Assembly: GCA_029953675.1 (NCBI GenBank)
Contig: JAMWBK010000001.1
Coordinates: 744,001-808,000 of the forward strand
Length of the DNA stretch: 64,000 nt
Origin: Rhodosorus marinus CCMP1338
Lineage: Eukaryota; Plantae; Rhodophyta
Direction: 5' to 3'
Part shown: positions 11,671 through 24,376 of the stretch, one piece after another
Numbering within the stretch: the first letter of the stretch is position 1
Layout of the letters: every line of letters begins with the position of its first letter
The notes under the pieces: generated by a model
What the model was told of the DNA's origin: nothing
The model's database searches: none
What the model saw: the letters and a program-made list of their open reading frames with translations, nothing else
Translations under genes and position numbers: made by a program

Positions 11671-13169
11671 TTATCCTTTTCGACGAATCTCGAAATATCG
11701 TACACCGGAGTAGACCAAACTTCCTGCCATGCTCAAATTGATCCCGACAAAGTTCCACACGGTAAAGGCGTAGCCAGGAACAAGTATCTACACAAACCGA
11801 GACAAAAAGAGGACTTTGTTTTTGAGAATCCAGGACCACGTCTTCACGCAGTTCTTCAAACCCATCATCGTTTGGTCGCTAAGAAGCTCTCATCGCTGGT
11901 TGCCCGAGGAAGAAGCGCACAGTTGGCAAATCGATCTTGATAAAAAGGAAACCCTCACCATTCCACCATACGTTGTCGCAATATTCTTCAAGCATCCGAC
12001 CACCGAAGTAGTTAACGCGGAGTTCGCATGGGTACAGTACAACATGCTGAAGTGAAGGCACACACCGAGAACTGACGCGAGCACAAACCAGGCGACAAAT
12101 CCGGGATCTTTCCATACATCCAGACCGACAACCTATGGACGAGGAAAAATTGGGAGAGGGACGTGTTCAGCGTTTTCTTGATTAGAGCAGACGCTTTAGC
12201 GGTGGACTTCTTACCCTCTTCATATCTCCGTTTAGGATAGACACGGTGAACATTATAGGAACGCTGAACAGGTTATTGATAAAGAGAATTCCGTGCATTC
12301 CGACCTGGAAGCGAGAGCGAGAAAGCCAAAAGATGATGGACCAATCCAAGGGTCGAGTAAGCAAACGTGACAGCGCTTTTGAGTTCTTGAAAGAGATGCT
12401 TTTGTTAGAGCTGGTTTTTTTTTTCTGCTGTTTACCTCTTTGCAATCTTCCAGCTTTTTCTTGTTAAAAACACCGTTTAGAGCAGTGAAAACGTCGCTGG
12501 TGAGAACAAAGATGTATCCAGACAGAGAGAAGACTAGATCGTCGACTGCCGCGATGACTGCTCCGATGATCATCATGGCTACGGTTGCTGCTACCTTTAG
12601 GGAGGGACGGGATAGGGTTGGAAAAGTTGCAGGAGCATCAGAATCTGCTTGGGTTGGGCTGAATTTTAGCATATACGTACCATTGGAGAAGGGTACACTT
12701 TCAGCAAGCATAGCTCGAAGATCATGGTTAGCAGGATCGTAAACCTTCTTAGAACAGTCATCATGGGTATGGACAGCCTCTGAGTTCCTCCAAGCGAGAA
12801 AACCGCATTGAGCACCGATATCAGTGGCAAAGGATGCAGGCTCTTGAACGCATTCCACGGGTCAGATGGCAGGGGGTACTTGAACACTTTGCAAACGATC
12901 GGTAGCAAAATCACGGCCGTCAAGGCTTGCGAAAACGATACGAACACGAAAGATCGTAAATCGTACGAGGTAAGAACGATCTTATTCGCGAACGTGATCA
13001 GAATCGATACAACCACATAGAGCCCAGCCGACGCCAGCTTATCAGACCTGCTGATCTGTCCCTCCTTTACACTCTTATCGGCCTCATAGTCATCCGTGGC
13101 CTCTCTAGGACCAGACTCATCCTCCTTATTTACTAACTTTTCCCTCCTAGATCCAAAACCAGAGTCCAT
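11671..13169 (-). CDS. Nucleotide-sugar transporter, SLC35D/UDP-sugar type, multi-exon
   Basis: Exons read LYVVVSILITFANKIVLTSY, LSIPMMTVLRRFTILLTM, VAATVAMMIIGAVIAAVDDLVFSLSGY, VGMHGILFINNLFS, LYCTHANSALTTSVVGCLKNIATTYGGM and NFVGINLSMAGSLVYS...RKG*, joined by GT-AG introns. Confidence 0.9.
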
Positions 13170-14381
13170 CCCTCCAAAAAACTAAACCAAGCCCAACAAT
13201 CCCCCCCTCGTCCCCCCACCCCCTTATCCCATCAGCAAAGGAAACACAAAGCTCCTCACCTCAACAGAAAAGGAAAAACTCAGATCTGCCAAAAGCAAAC
13301 CCAAACCGGACAGAATCCTTCTTCCGTTTACTCCCTTCCTTTTCAGATATCGATCAACACATTCCCCCATAACCCCACCAGACGAAACCCTAGGGGAGAT
13401 CGACCACCAAACCCCCCAAAACCCCCCTCCCCCACCCCTCCCCCACCCCATCCACTTCAGTGTCATCTAAAAATTCCTCATTTAAGAAACACGTCAGCCT
13501 CATTCCCCATCGACCAAAAACAAACCAAAAAACGACTGGTCCACATGATGGGACATGAATGGGACACGAAAAAAGTAGGTTGCGGAGACAAACCTAATTG
13601 GGACAGGAGAGTCTGTGCTCTCTTGGAAGGACAGTTTTGTTGTTTAGTGAAAGACAGTCTGTCGTCCGGTAGAGGACAGGCTCTTTGTTTTCTTGGTGTG
13701 TGGTTTGTGAGGGAACCACGCCGACTGCCCTGGTTCCAACGGCCAGGAGAGTTGGGTAGCCTCATAATATATGCATCTATGCAGCTGGCTTCGGAGATGA
13801 CATTGCGCAACTTGCTGCCCTGATGGACGGTCAATTTTCAGCTGAGTTTAAGACCCGGAACGCGCGCTGGTGTAAGCACATATACGCCCGGTAGAGAATA
13901 GAGGATGGCACTCTCGCCAACTACAAGGAAGTCAAGGGGTAGGTGAACGTGCGCTCTAAGTTATGCATTGTCAGTCCTTGTATTCATCCAAAACATAAAA
14001 ATCTACGGATAATCCGATCCTCCCGATGCCTCGCCAATACGTTGCCGTCATTGTCCAACGAAAGGCATGAATCGCGATATCCTTGGATGCTTGCACCGTA
14101 CAACTTATGAAATTTTGATAGAGGAAAGACTTTCTTGGCTAGGATACTCTCAAGACGATTTCCCGATCGAGAACATGTTTCCAACGCACCTTGCGGGTTA
14201 CGCTTCCTACGAAGCCAAACGTTATCGGACCTCTTCTACAAGGGAGAACAGCGCCGAAGGAAGTGAAGGATAAATGAACCTCTCAAAGTGTGTCTTCGTA
14301 CGCTGGAATTCCTGTTCAACGCCCTGCCCCGCTAGGTTGCTGAAATCCCACTCGACTTCTCTCAATGCTTCCTAAGCAGTT

Positions 14382-15460
14382 GTGCCAATGTCATCGGCAT
14401 TGAGTTTGGGGAGGAGGGCGGGGAGGAAGGCGGGGAGTCCGGCGGGGAGGAAGGTTATTCCTAGCTTCAAAGAGGGTTATCTGGAGACAAGTTTTAGAGA
14501 AGCTCCGTTATCGACTAATGACAAAATGAATCGATTATCAAGGATATTCAGAAGTTGTGATGTGAGATCTGTTCGAAAGGAGCTGTACCGATGGTATTCC
14601 GGTGGAGCTCTGCGTGCGACAAAGGTGTTTGGATGTGAGGACAAAGGTGAGGAGGGTGGCATTACCGAGGGTGGCATTGCCGAGGCCGAGGATGGCGGGG
14701 AGAGTGAGAAGAAAACGGCGCTCGGATTTGGTGAAGAGTCCCTTGATGATTTGTGCGAGGATACGAAGATCCTGATGGACTGCATGATCCCCGAGAGACA
14801 GAGGAAATTCTTTAACTTCAGGAACAACAAATTGACGTTTGTAGATTTCCTTTATCGGTTGCCCCACTTTGGCGAAGGACGAAGGCTAACAAGGAGAAAA
14901 TGGTTGATGATGAATCTTCACGATACGTATATGGTACGGTTTCCGCTGAACCAAATCTCGCCATCTCATTAGACGATCACGTCCAAGACGACATGCATCT
15001 TGTACAAGAGTCCGGTGCAAACCTTGCTGTTTTATTGGGTGTGCAGGAACGCATACTGAGGATAGCTTTTTTGTTTGCTACGTTCCGTTTGCAACAGACC
15101 GTGGATAGGGTCAGATTTCTACTTGATGAAAAGGGGAATCCCTTTAGAACAGAGATTAACGGGTTACTGACTTGGAAAGGGAAGGAGATTGATCTACCAA
15201 CACAAGGGAGAGACTTCAACAAGCGCTGGAGAAGGGGAGAATGGCGTCTGTGGTATCCCAATGCTGTGAAAGATTTCCAAGAAGCGAGGAAAAAGCATCT
15301 GAATATTCCTAATGACTTCCCGATATACGCCATGTTGATGGAGAAGCAGATTCGGAAAGGAGAGAAAGAGCTTGCTGACGCAATAGAAACCGCAAAATCC
15401 TCGCGCCGGGAAAACTATCCACAGCTCAAGTCTGGGGCTCGGGTGAATTTCGCCCGCTGA
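14382..15460 (+). CDS. Hypothetical protein (two overlapping ORFs; intron or frameshift near 14930)
   Basis: ORFs of 196 and 186 aa with protein-like composition; no family recognised. Confidence 0.4.
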
Positions 15461-16099
15461 GGTCCGATTCTTTTCTGCTTGAAATCATATCTAATCGCTA
15501 CTCGATGATGTCTAGTTCGACCGTCGATGATTGACCATCGAGCTCTTCGCAGGGGAGAGGAGACTGAGAGGACCTCGAATTCGTTGATCTCATCCTCGTT
15601 GAGCCCTTAGCGAATATTTCGCAAAGTCAAAGACAAGATCCACCGCGGGACAGTTCTCTGTACCTCATTCCCTACATAAAAACTCGTCCGTACGAGCTTG
15701 TCCCGCAACTGCTATCCTTTTCTTTGGCTTGTTCTATTCCACGATTGTAAAGTTAACTGCTAAACTCCCGACTGGCTAGGGACGGATCTGGAAAACCCCC
15801 CGTTATGCCTCGGCCAACTCCGAAAAAGAACATTCGGCACGAATTGTCCATCATCTCGTTCTCTCAATCAACTCACCAGCAACAGCGGCATGATGAGAAG
15901 CCACGAAGACTCTCCACACACACGTCTCTTCCAACTGTAGGAACGCGGAACACAGCAAAGGCAAGGCGCCCAAGCTGGGTTCGATTGGCTAAACAACAGA
16001 ATTTTATTACTTAAAAAGTTGATCCAAACTACGTTGGAATTGACTAGTGCTAGGAAAATATATAGTAACTCCGTTCACAGAAAACCCTAGGGTTCACCA

Positions 16100-17006
16100 A
16101 CGTCAGTGTCCCTCTCTTCGCGGATACACAAATGGTAAACGATTGTGGGTATCATTCCACAGAAGCCTTCTGAATGCTACTCCGTCGAGAACTACAGCTC
16201 GGATTCTCGGATTTTTTCCTCGTTCACAACGCGATCAGCTGTTTATCTTTGCAGCTTCGTTAAATACACCATCTTCATCTCTATCGATCCAATCGTTATC
16301 AAATTGGACGGAGTTGGCCTTGCCGTAGGAAAGCTCTTCGAAACCGGACAGGTCCATAGTCAAGTCGGTCGGTAGCTCACCAATGGTCGAGTATTGCGGA
16401 TCGTGAGGATGCGCTTGAGGGCACACTTCGAAGTGCAGTTCTGAAGCAACTTCCAAGGTCTGCAATCCGCCCGCGGAAAAAGCTTTTGGCTTTGCGATCT
16501 CAATCGACTGTGGGACGTTCTGCATTTAGAATAAACAGACGGACATAAGGCTCTCTAATCAGAAACAGTAGTTTCTCAGTATCAAGCGTTTAGGGAGGTT
16601 GCTACCTTCTTGTGGGTGCCCTCCTGAGGGGGCGGCTGCACTATCGAGGCTGATTGAGCCACATTCCTCTTCATAGGTCCTTCAGATTTCGCATCGCTCG
16701 AACTGCGCAAGGGTTAAATTGCTCCAATTAGCAAACAAAAAACTGTTTCACTATTTGACATCCCGAAACCCTGACAGGTCGTGTCTACCTAGAAACACCG
16801 TTTGGACTACTAGCCCTAGCCCTCTTGGGAGATCGCTTGGGGTTTCCTTCAATCAACTTCCTCTGAGCCTGAATCTCCTCCTGACTCGCACGGAACTTTT
16901 GTTCCAGCTCAGCAATCCGCTTCTGCTGCTGCAGGATCACCGAATTTAAGATATCCCCCCGCATCGACAGCGAATCGCCATAACCCCCGGGCCACTCACC
17001 ACTCAT
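16100..17006 (-). CDS. Hypothetical protein with coiled-coil N-terminal exon; 3' boundary uncertain
   Basis: ORF 16785-17006 (ILQQQKRIAELEQKFRASQEEIQAQRK) and acidic ORF 16235-16525 lie on the same strand, with a C/A-rich upstream tract like other minus-strand genes here. Confidence 0.4.
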
Positions 17007-17736
17007 CCCTCAGTAAGAAATGTCAAACAACCCTTAAGAACAAAATGTGAACCCTCCCCACCCTTCCCCCAAAAAGATACTGAACAATCTCCTCCCACCC
17101 CCGCCGCTTTCTCACCAACACGTCGAAACCATTCCGCCCAAAAAAACACTGTACACTTCCGAAGACTCAATTACTTCAGTCTCCTATTAAGATTCCCCCT
17201 AACAAACCCGAACAAAATCCACAGTTCATATACCAAAATACCACAAAAATCCAAACACCTCACTTCAATCCACCCAAATCCTCACACCTTTCAACCCAGT
17301 CCACCCTCCACAACGCACAATCCCGAGGTCTCGTTAACGAAGTCCCCACACGATTCCGAAAAGGCAGCTCCGCTAGCAATTGCCATCAGCATCCCCTCCT
17401 AAAAACATATGTTCGGCATTCAGACCCAGTTCCACTAAAAATAAAAAAGGTACGCAACTTTATCAACAGAGAGAACCCCCTTCCCCCCCCGCAAGTCAAT
17501 ACCAACACGCTCCACCCGAAGTCGCCCCAGTCCAACTTCGTTATCGACGTTATCTCTTCCAAATGGTACCAGGAAATTTCTATTTCATCTTCATCACCAG
17601 AAGAGATCAAGAGGGAGAGAGAGAGAGAGCGCATGTGTGTGTAAATCTATACCCCTTCGCTGAGTGCTTAGATTGAGATAGCGGGTAGAAAAAGTCTCTG
17701 CCCTCCTCTTTAATGGAGGGGTTTCACGGACTTTCA

Positions 17737-17799
17737 GAGAGAGAGAGAGAGATAGAGAGGGAACGAGAGAGGGAGAGATAGAGTAAGCTGGAGAGGAAG

Positions 17800-17870
<71 letters not shown>

Positions 17871-17871
17871 T
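17737..17871. repeat. Imperfect (GA)n/(GAGAT) polypurine microsatellite
   Basis: Direct read of about 135 bp of AG repeats punctuated by AT. Confidence 0.95.
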
Positions 17872-19331
17872 GAAAACGAAAATTTCGTGATTTTGACTAC
17901 CCCCCCCTTCCCAAAAAATCTTCTTTTCTCCAATATTCTAAAAACAAATATTTATGAAGGCCATCCGATTCAATGGAATAAAATTTACATCCCCCACGCC
18001 AACCCAAACTAAATTAAAAAACAAAATCTACCCCTGGTTTCTTTCTGATCAGGTTTCGTAATGTTTAATATATTGAAAATAATTTGTATGAAATATTTCA
18101 CCGGTGGATGGGTGAGGGGAGAGGGGAAGGGTAGAAAAAAATTGCTACCTGGGAAATCATGCGATTTTAAAACATTACGATTGAATATGATACTTTATTA
18201 ATATTTTAGGGGGGATTTATGGAAACATAGAACAAACAATAACTTCGATGGAAAATCTCGAGGGGGAGGCCGAATGTAACTGAAAAAAGGAGGGGTAACG
18301 GTGATGATATTTTTCTTGGATTTGTTTAGAAGAATAAAAATGAACGAAAATAAGTTGCAAAACTTCTTTGACTAGGGGTTGCGTGGATTGCATGAATCGG
18401 GATTGAATCTCGAGCGTATAGTCTTTTGTTTTTTAAATACTTTTGAGGGGATGGTGAAATATTTGACCTATCAGAATCGATAACCAATGATATGGATGGG
18501 AGAGATTTTTACGTAGATTTTGTTTTGTTTTTCAAGAGAATGGTCGAGATCGGGGATTTTTTCTCAATGGGGAATTTGCGGCAGGTATGGAGAGCGCTCG
18601 TCGGCTTTTTTGGTGGGGTGGTGGGTGGAAGGGCAAGTTGAGACATCGCTAGACAGGGACCTCTCCGACGATCATCATTGACGATGTGAAAAGGTGGCAT
18701 GGGACTGTTCGTGGGACCCTTCCAGGACAGGCGCCCTTTTTGTAAAATTTCGTACCCACCGACTGCGGCATCACAATACTCCGTGGGATCCCCATAGTTA
18801 TCGAGACTAACATCCATTCAGGAATACGTTTTCTTGCCGAGAAGGTAGATCCGGACTACACGTCCTGGACTCCTCTCCTTATTCTGTAGGGCGGCCTTCA
18901 GTGCTAAACCGCCCACGACATAAGCTCGAAAGAATCTAGTATCTTTGGTGAAGTCACGAAACGCCTCCGTTAAGGAGGGGGGGTTTAGTTCGAAAAGAAT
19001 CACCGCGGATGGTTAAAAGCTGGGACTCAACCGGATTTGGAAAATTCCAACTGCGCGCCAGCTTTTGCACGCCCAGATATAAGGGCTTCCGCTGAAACAC
19101 GTTGGGGTCTAGATAATTTTTTTTGGCGGAATTTCATAAGATGAACGAACGGAGGATCTTTTTTCCCACCCCAGAGCATCCTAAAGACGCCGCCAGTAGC
19201 TGCGAACGAAAATTTGACTCCTGCCCGTCGCGCTGACCACTGTGAGGAAATATGGGAAGGTAGCATGGAAATTCAGAACGGTACTCGATTGGAGCGAACC
19301 GTTTTGAGATAAGCGAACGAACGCCGCAACA

Positions 19332-19547
19332 CATCCGCGAGCCTTGTGCCGCAGCAGGTACGAGAAGAATGCCAGATTGCCAATCTGAGATTGCCCATGA
19401 GATGATTAGCGAATTTAGGCAGCAGCATGAATGGATTAGTGCATGGAGGCATCCGCGAGCCTTGTGCAGCAGCAGGTACGAGAAGAATGCCAGATTGCCG
19501 ATCTGAGATTGGTCATGAGATGATTAGCGCATGAAGGCAGCAGCATC
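19332..19547. repeat. 118-bp-period tandem duplication (2 copies)
   Basis: CATCCGCGAGCCTTGTGC.GCAGCAGGTACGAGAAGAATGCCAGATTGCC.ATCTGAGATTG..CATGAGATGATTAGCG starts at 19332 and at 19450. Confidence 0.92.
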
Positions 19548-20285
19548 ATCTCTTCTACACCATCCGAACTCCTTTGTGACCAAAACAAGTACAATAAAGA
19601 GCGTCAATTGTGCTCGAGATTTTTTTTTCATCCAGCAAATTAGAACAGCCCAAAATTTAATCGAAAAGAAGTGCCAATTCGGTATTGATTTCCCGACGGC
19701 AAACCTGAAATTAAATCTGGCCGACTAATTAGCATTTTATCACGCCAAGTCTAATTTCACCGGATTCATGATGATCGGAGGGGAACACGTCGTGGCCGGT
19801 GCTGTCCTGACGCCCGAAACCGATCGAGTGAACGAGTGAACGGATCGGACAAAGTCACCACGCACTATCAATTAAATCCGCCTTTTGGAGTTCATGATTT
19901 CGAAATGACCCTCCCTCCGATTAAACGTGTTAGTCAAACTTTTGGGCGCTGGTGGTTGGTTTCCGCAGCGGCGCTGGGGGGGGGGGGACCGGCGAGAGTT
20001 CACCTGAAGATGAGGAGAAGCTTCGTCGGGAGTTCGCCTGTTTTCCTGATCGAAGCCAAAACGATCGCAACTAAGAAACGCTTTGGCACCAAGAGCTAAA
20101 ACCGCTTGCAATTACCAAAAAGAAAACACTGCTCACTATTAGACATCCGAAACTTTACATTCCGAGATCCGGTCGGATCTCAACTTAGCCAACACGTGAA
20201 TTTCAAAATATTCTTAGCTTTAGTTAATCAATTTGCTCGCGGCATGGTCCTGGGTTAAAAGGCACAGAGCTCAGCCTGCACTTGT

Positions 20286-22879
20286 TTACCATCTATCATG
20301 GCCCTGTTGATTCGGGTTGTACTGTCCGTGGTATCCACCTTGCGGGTTGTAGTTCCCTCCGTACGGATCGTTTGGGTTTCCGGGGACATTCGGGGGGGCA
20401 TGTGGGGCGGAAGCCGAGTAGTGTCCGGGTGGTTGAGCAGAGTACTGCGGACCGGATGGAGGTGGATTGTTCATTGACATCTGTTGGAAAGCGGCCCCGA
20501 TGTGATCCAGGTGATCTTTCAACTCTGTCCTCCTAGCTGCTACAAAATCGCCAACCTCCAGTTGCAAACGCTGCAGAACGTGCATCTCCTTGTTATAAAA
20601 GTCAACTCCCTGTTCCCACTCGGACATGAGCTGTCCCCAACTTTCTGCCGCCCTACGCGCAGCTTCAGGACCATCGGTTTTTGGTGGTGCCTCCCCGCCT
20701 TGGTTGTCCAGAAAAGCCCTTGCTCTCTCGGTTACATCCTCGGCGACTGTACATGTGTCCATGTTCCTGCCCTTCAATGGGTCAAATGTCTCACGTAGGT
20801 TGTTCCTCAGAAACTCTTCCCTGTCGATCACCTCCGTCGGCATGTTTTCCAACTTCGCAGCCTCACCAGCCCAAGCGGCGTTGAAATCACCCACCAATTT
20901 CCTCATAGACTTAAGTACAGCCTCAATTTCCACGAGGAGGTCTGACCGCTCCTTGAAATTTTCGTTTCCGGGTAGATCCTGTTTTTGTGGTGGGTCGAGA
21001 GCCTTTAAAAGCGACCTCGAAGAGTCGAAACGTGACTTGATTCCATCGTCAGCGGCAGTAGCTCGCTGAAGCTCAGAGCGGATTCGATTGCACTTCTCGT
21101 AGTATCGCCGATTGAGGTCAGTGGAGAACGGTCTGCGGATAGCCCCATTCGTTTCCTGTCTGGCCTTCTCATCCTCGGCGGACTCCGCGGCAAGCAATTT
21201 CTCAATCTCCGCCAAATGCAACCACGATTCTTGAGATAGCTTTGAGACCTCTTGCTCCTTAGCTACTAGAGCTTCCAGGCCACCGGCCTGCTTTGCGTGC
21301 TCCGCCAAGGCTGGAAACTCCGCTTCAGGCTTCGGAGCACCGATATCCTCGAGCTCTGACTCGACTGACTTCAAGGGGTTGGCAGCTCTGTCAATCATAG
21401 CTAGCTCGCTGGTGACAATAGCTTTGACATCTCCCATATATTTCCTACTCGTTGCGGCGAGCGACTTGTGCAAGATCGTGCTGAAAGTCCGAGCTACACC
21501 TTCTGGAACCGGTTTCACCAATACCTCCTCGTTGAAGAAAGGCGTGGCAGAAATTCTGGGAGCAAGATTGGGAACAACATCAGAGGCCGAAGTATGTTCG
21601 GTTAAATTGTTCTCCTCTTCAGCTAGTTTGCGCTCTTCCCGAATTTTTGATGAGAGCACAACAGCGTCTGTGGAAAGGAACTGGATCAAGTCCTTAGTTA
21701 CATCAGTCCTCACTAGCTTTTTTGTTGTGTTCGCCACTTCATAAGCCAACTGATCCGCAGCGTACAACACCGCTAGCCGGTCTCTCATGTTGTTCGTCTT
21801 ATCGAAATTTGCGCCCTAGGCACCAAAACCAGGGAGGAATTGTACTGAGCAAACGGTCTTGAGCAAGTAGCCGCGGGTCAGGATCTCGTGTCCGACGACT
21901 TACCATATCGAGGTAGGTAGATGCCAAATAGAATTTTCCCCATCCCTTGAAGAGTTCTACAAGTCCATGCTTGTTGCTCCAGCCTGCAATGTCCCCTGCA
22001 ACTAGTTTGTACGCAAGGTCGTCAATCATTCTCACTACTCCCATCGACAGAGCCCCTAGGAGATCAGGAGCGGCCGATTTTACTCTCGCAGCTTGCAGAA
22101 ACACTATCTGAGCGTTGATGAGCATCAAATCCCTCATAACCTGCGCGAAACTCTCATGGACATCCAGAGGGGCATTCTCACCTACGGGAAACACGCACGA
22201 TGTCAGGGGGTTGGTCTGTTGCTCTGTACACGCAATGCTTGTTGTGTCTTTCCCATCTTACCGGTTACGTAAACGCTGCAGATCTTGTCGAAGTAGCCCG
22301 CCGCAGTTTGGAATCGACCACGAGCAACTTTGAGAGTGTCAAAAGAAACATGGCGAAGCCCCGCGACCCCCATAGCCGCCTCCTCCATGGCTATATTGAA
22401 CATGACATTGGCTCTTTCAACGGCAATGTTCGATGTCCCTACTGAGCCCCCGGTCACGGTATCGCTCCAGACAAAATTAAACTAACATGGAGAGCGGATA
22501 AAGAAATAAGTTAGCGCTGTGTGAAAGGGGAGGATGCTGTGCAAAAAAATTAATTGCCTCCGGCCAAGAAATCGGGTCAGTGGCGCACCTTGTTGTTAAC
22601 GGAAATTTCGACACGCGTACCCGCGTAGTCAAGACCTCGAATATAATCCAGCATGGTATCGATCGCCTCCTGAGCGGCGTTCACATTTCCCAACTCAGAT
22701 ATTCTCACGACTTCTTCCTTCATCCTCTGTAGCGCCTTACACCCGTCCAGACATCTCTTGGCAGTTTCAGGGTCATGCTGAGCCTCCAGTGCCTCATATA
22801 CAACATCAGCAACCTCAGCCCGTTTCGATTTCTTCAATGGTATCCTTAGAAACCATTTAGTCGCGTCACTCCCACTCAT
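20286..22879 (-). CDS. ALIX: ALIX/Bro1-like ESCRT adaptor (BRO1 domain, V-like helical region, Pro/Gly/Tyr-rich tail)
   Basis: N-terminal FLRIPLKKS motif typical of BRO1 domains, helical middle region, and a 500-aa last exon ending PPPSGPQY...PYGGNYNPQGGY. Confidence 0.8.
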
Positions 22880-24376
22880 TTTTGCACCTCAGCGCAGAAG
22901 TAGAAAGAAAACAAAACGCACGTCCTAAAAACACAGTCAACGAAACGCGGGCTCCCCTCCCCACAACCTCCCGCTCCTTACCGTCCTCCCTCCGATCTTG
23001 AGAAAGAACACAAACCCACAACCCACTACAGCTGACAAGTCCCCTCCGAAACACAGAAACGCAATCACACGCGCACACCCCCCAAAACTCCTCACGCCTT
23101 CCCCTCTCCCACAAAACCAAAAAAAAGAAAATTTCCTCGCGACCGTTTCTTAAAACACTTTCATGCCTCAGCTACAAAAAATAAGCACGACCTAAAATCC
23201 GAAAAAAGGGACCCAACCAGGAGGGATTACAAATCAAACCCCAATCAGCACTTCCTGACTACAAATCCATCCACCCCTCCCTCCTCCATCCCCTCTCCTC
23301 AAACAAAAAATCAGCCGTTCCTCAAGCCTTACGTCTCCAGTAAGCCATGACACATCTGCAGATCTTCCCAAGCCTCCTACGTCACACCCCCTTCCCTCCC
23401 TACCCATAAGTGCATATTACCAATCCCAATCCACACTCCCAAAAAACCACAACTTCCCCCCCCCCTACCAAACCCAGTCAACACCATAAAAAGTTCTAAA
23501 TATTCCTAAATTCAATAAAAAGCCAAATCAATCCTGATCACGACAACGCCCCCGGTACAGATATATATTTTTACCCCTGATACAAATATCTGGCCCACAT
23601 CAAAATGCCTTTTTGAGGGGCTTTTCCAAAACCCCGCAATAAAATAACCACAAAAGTTGAATCGGGTGGTGGATTGGATGAGATTGATATTCAGTCATTA
23701 TTTTGTTATTGATTGATTGTTGTGTTTCCAGGGTATTCGCGCGGTTGGTGTGAGTACTGACAGAGGGTTGCTTGAATTTATGCTACTTGGGATGAAAATC
23801 AAACACTATTTGAATTTATTATTTAAATTAGATATATCGAATTCTGTTTTTCTGATGATGTAAACAAGTGTGGTGATTGGTTGAGAGGAATTCGGGTGTT
23901 TTTTTGGTTTTGATTAAAAAAAGGAGGGGTTTTGTCAGGTGTGAAGGACGGGGAATGGGACGGTTTTTGGTGTATATTCTTTGAGGTGTCAGTAAAACGG
24001 GACGAGGGAGGTTCCGCATTTGATAGTGGTTCCGGTCGTCTGGGATAATGTTGTTGAGGTGTTGGGATGGTTGCGTTTCAGAGATGTGCACGTTGTTTAT
24101 GTTTTGTTTTCTTTTGTTGTTCTTTTTTTGGGCGGCCTTCTCACGTATGGAAGGTCTTTTTTTGTGAAGGCGCACCAACCTCAGCCAAAGCCCTTTGGTT
24201 TGAATTTTTGTTTTATCTTTATTTTCTTTTTCTCTCTTTGGCTTGTTTTGTGTGGCTTCGGTTGTTTCCTGCGAATACTGTTCTCTCCGTAACACTGCTT
24301 TCCTAGCATTTTGGATTGTTCTTGAAGAGCATCCATCTTCTGCACCGGATGATGCGGATGCCCCGGCTCATACCCT

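Noticed and set aside
11593-12055. Plus-strand ORFs of 115 and 79 aa
   Set aside because: They are antisense shadows of the last exons of the SLC35D-type transporter on the minus strand.
13384-13395. AAACCCTA telo-box (also near 16082)
   Set aside because: Isolated 8-mers in C/A-rich tracts are expected by chance and cannot be supported without enrichment data.
17724-17933. 69-aa SL-repeat ORF
   Set aside because: Translation of the GA microsatellite.
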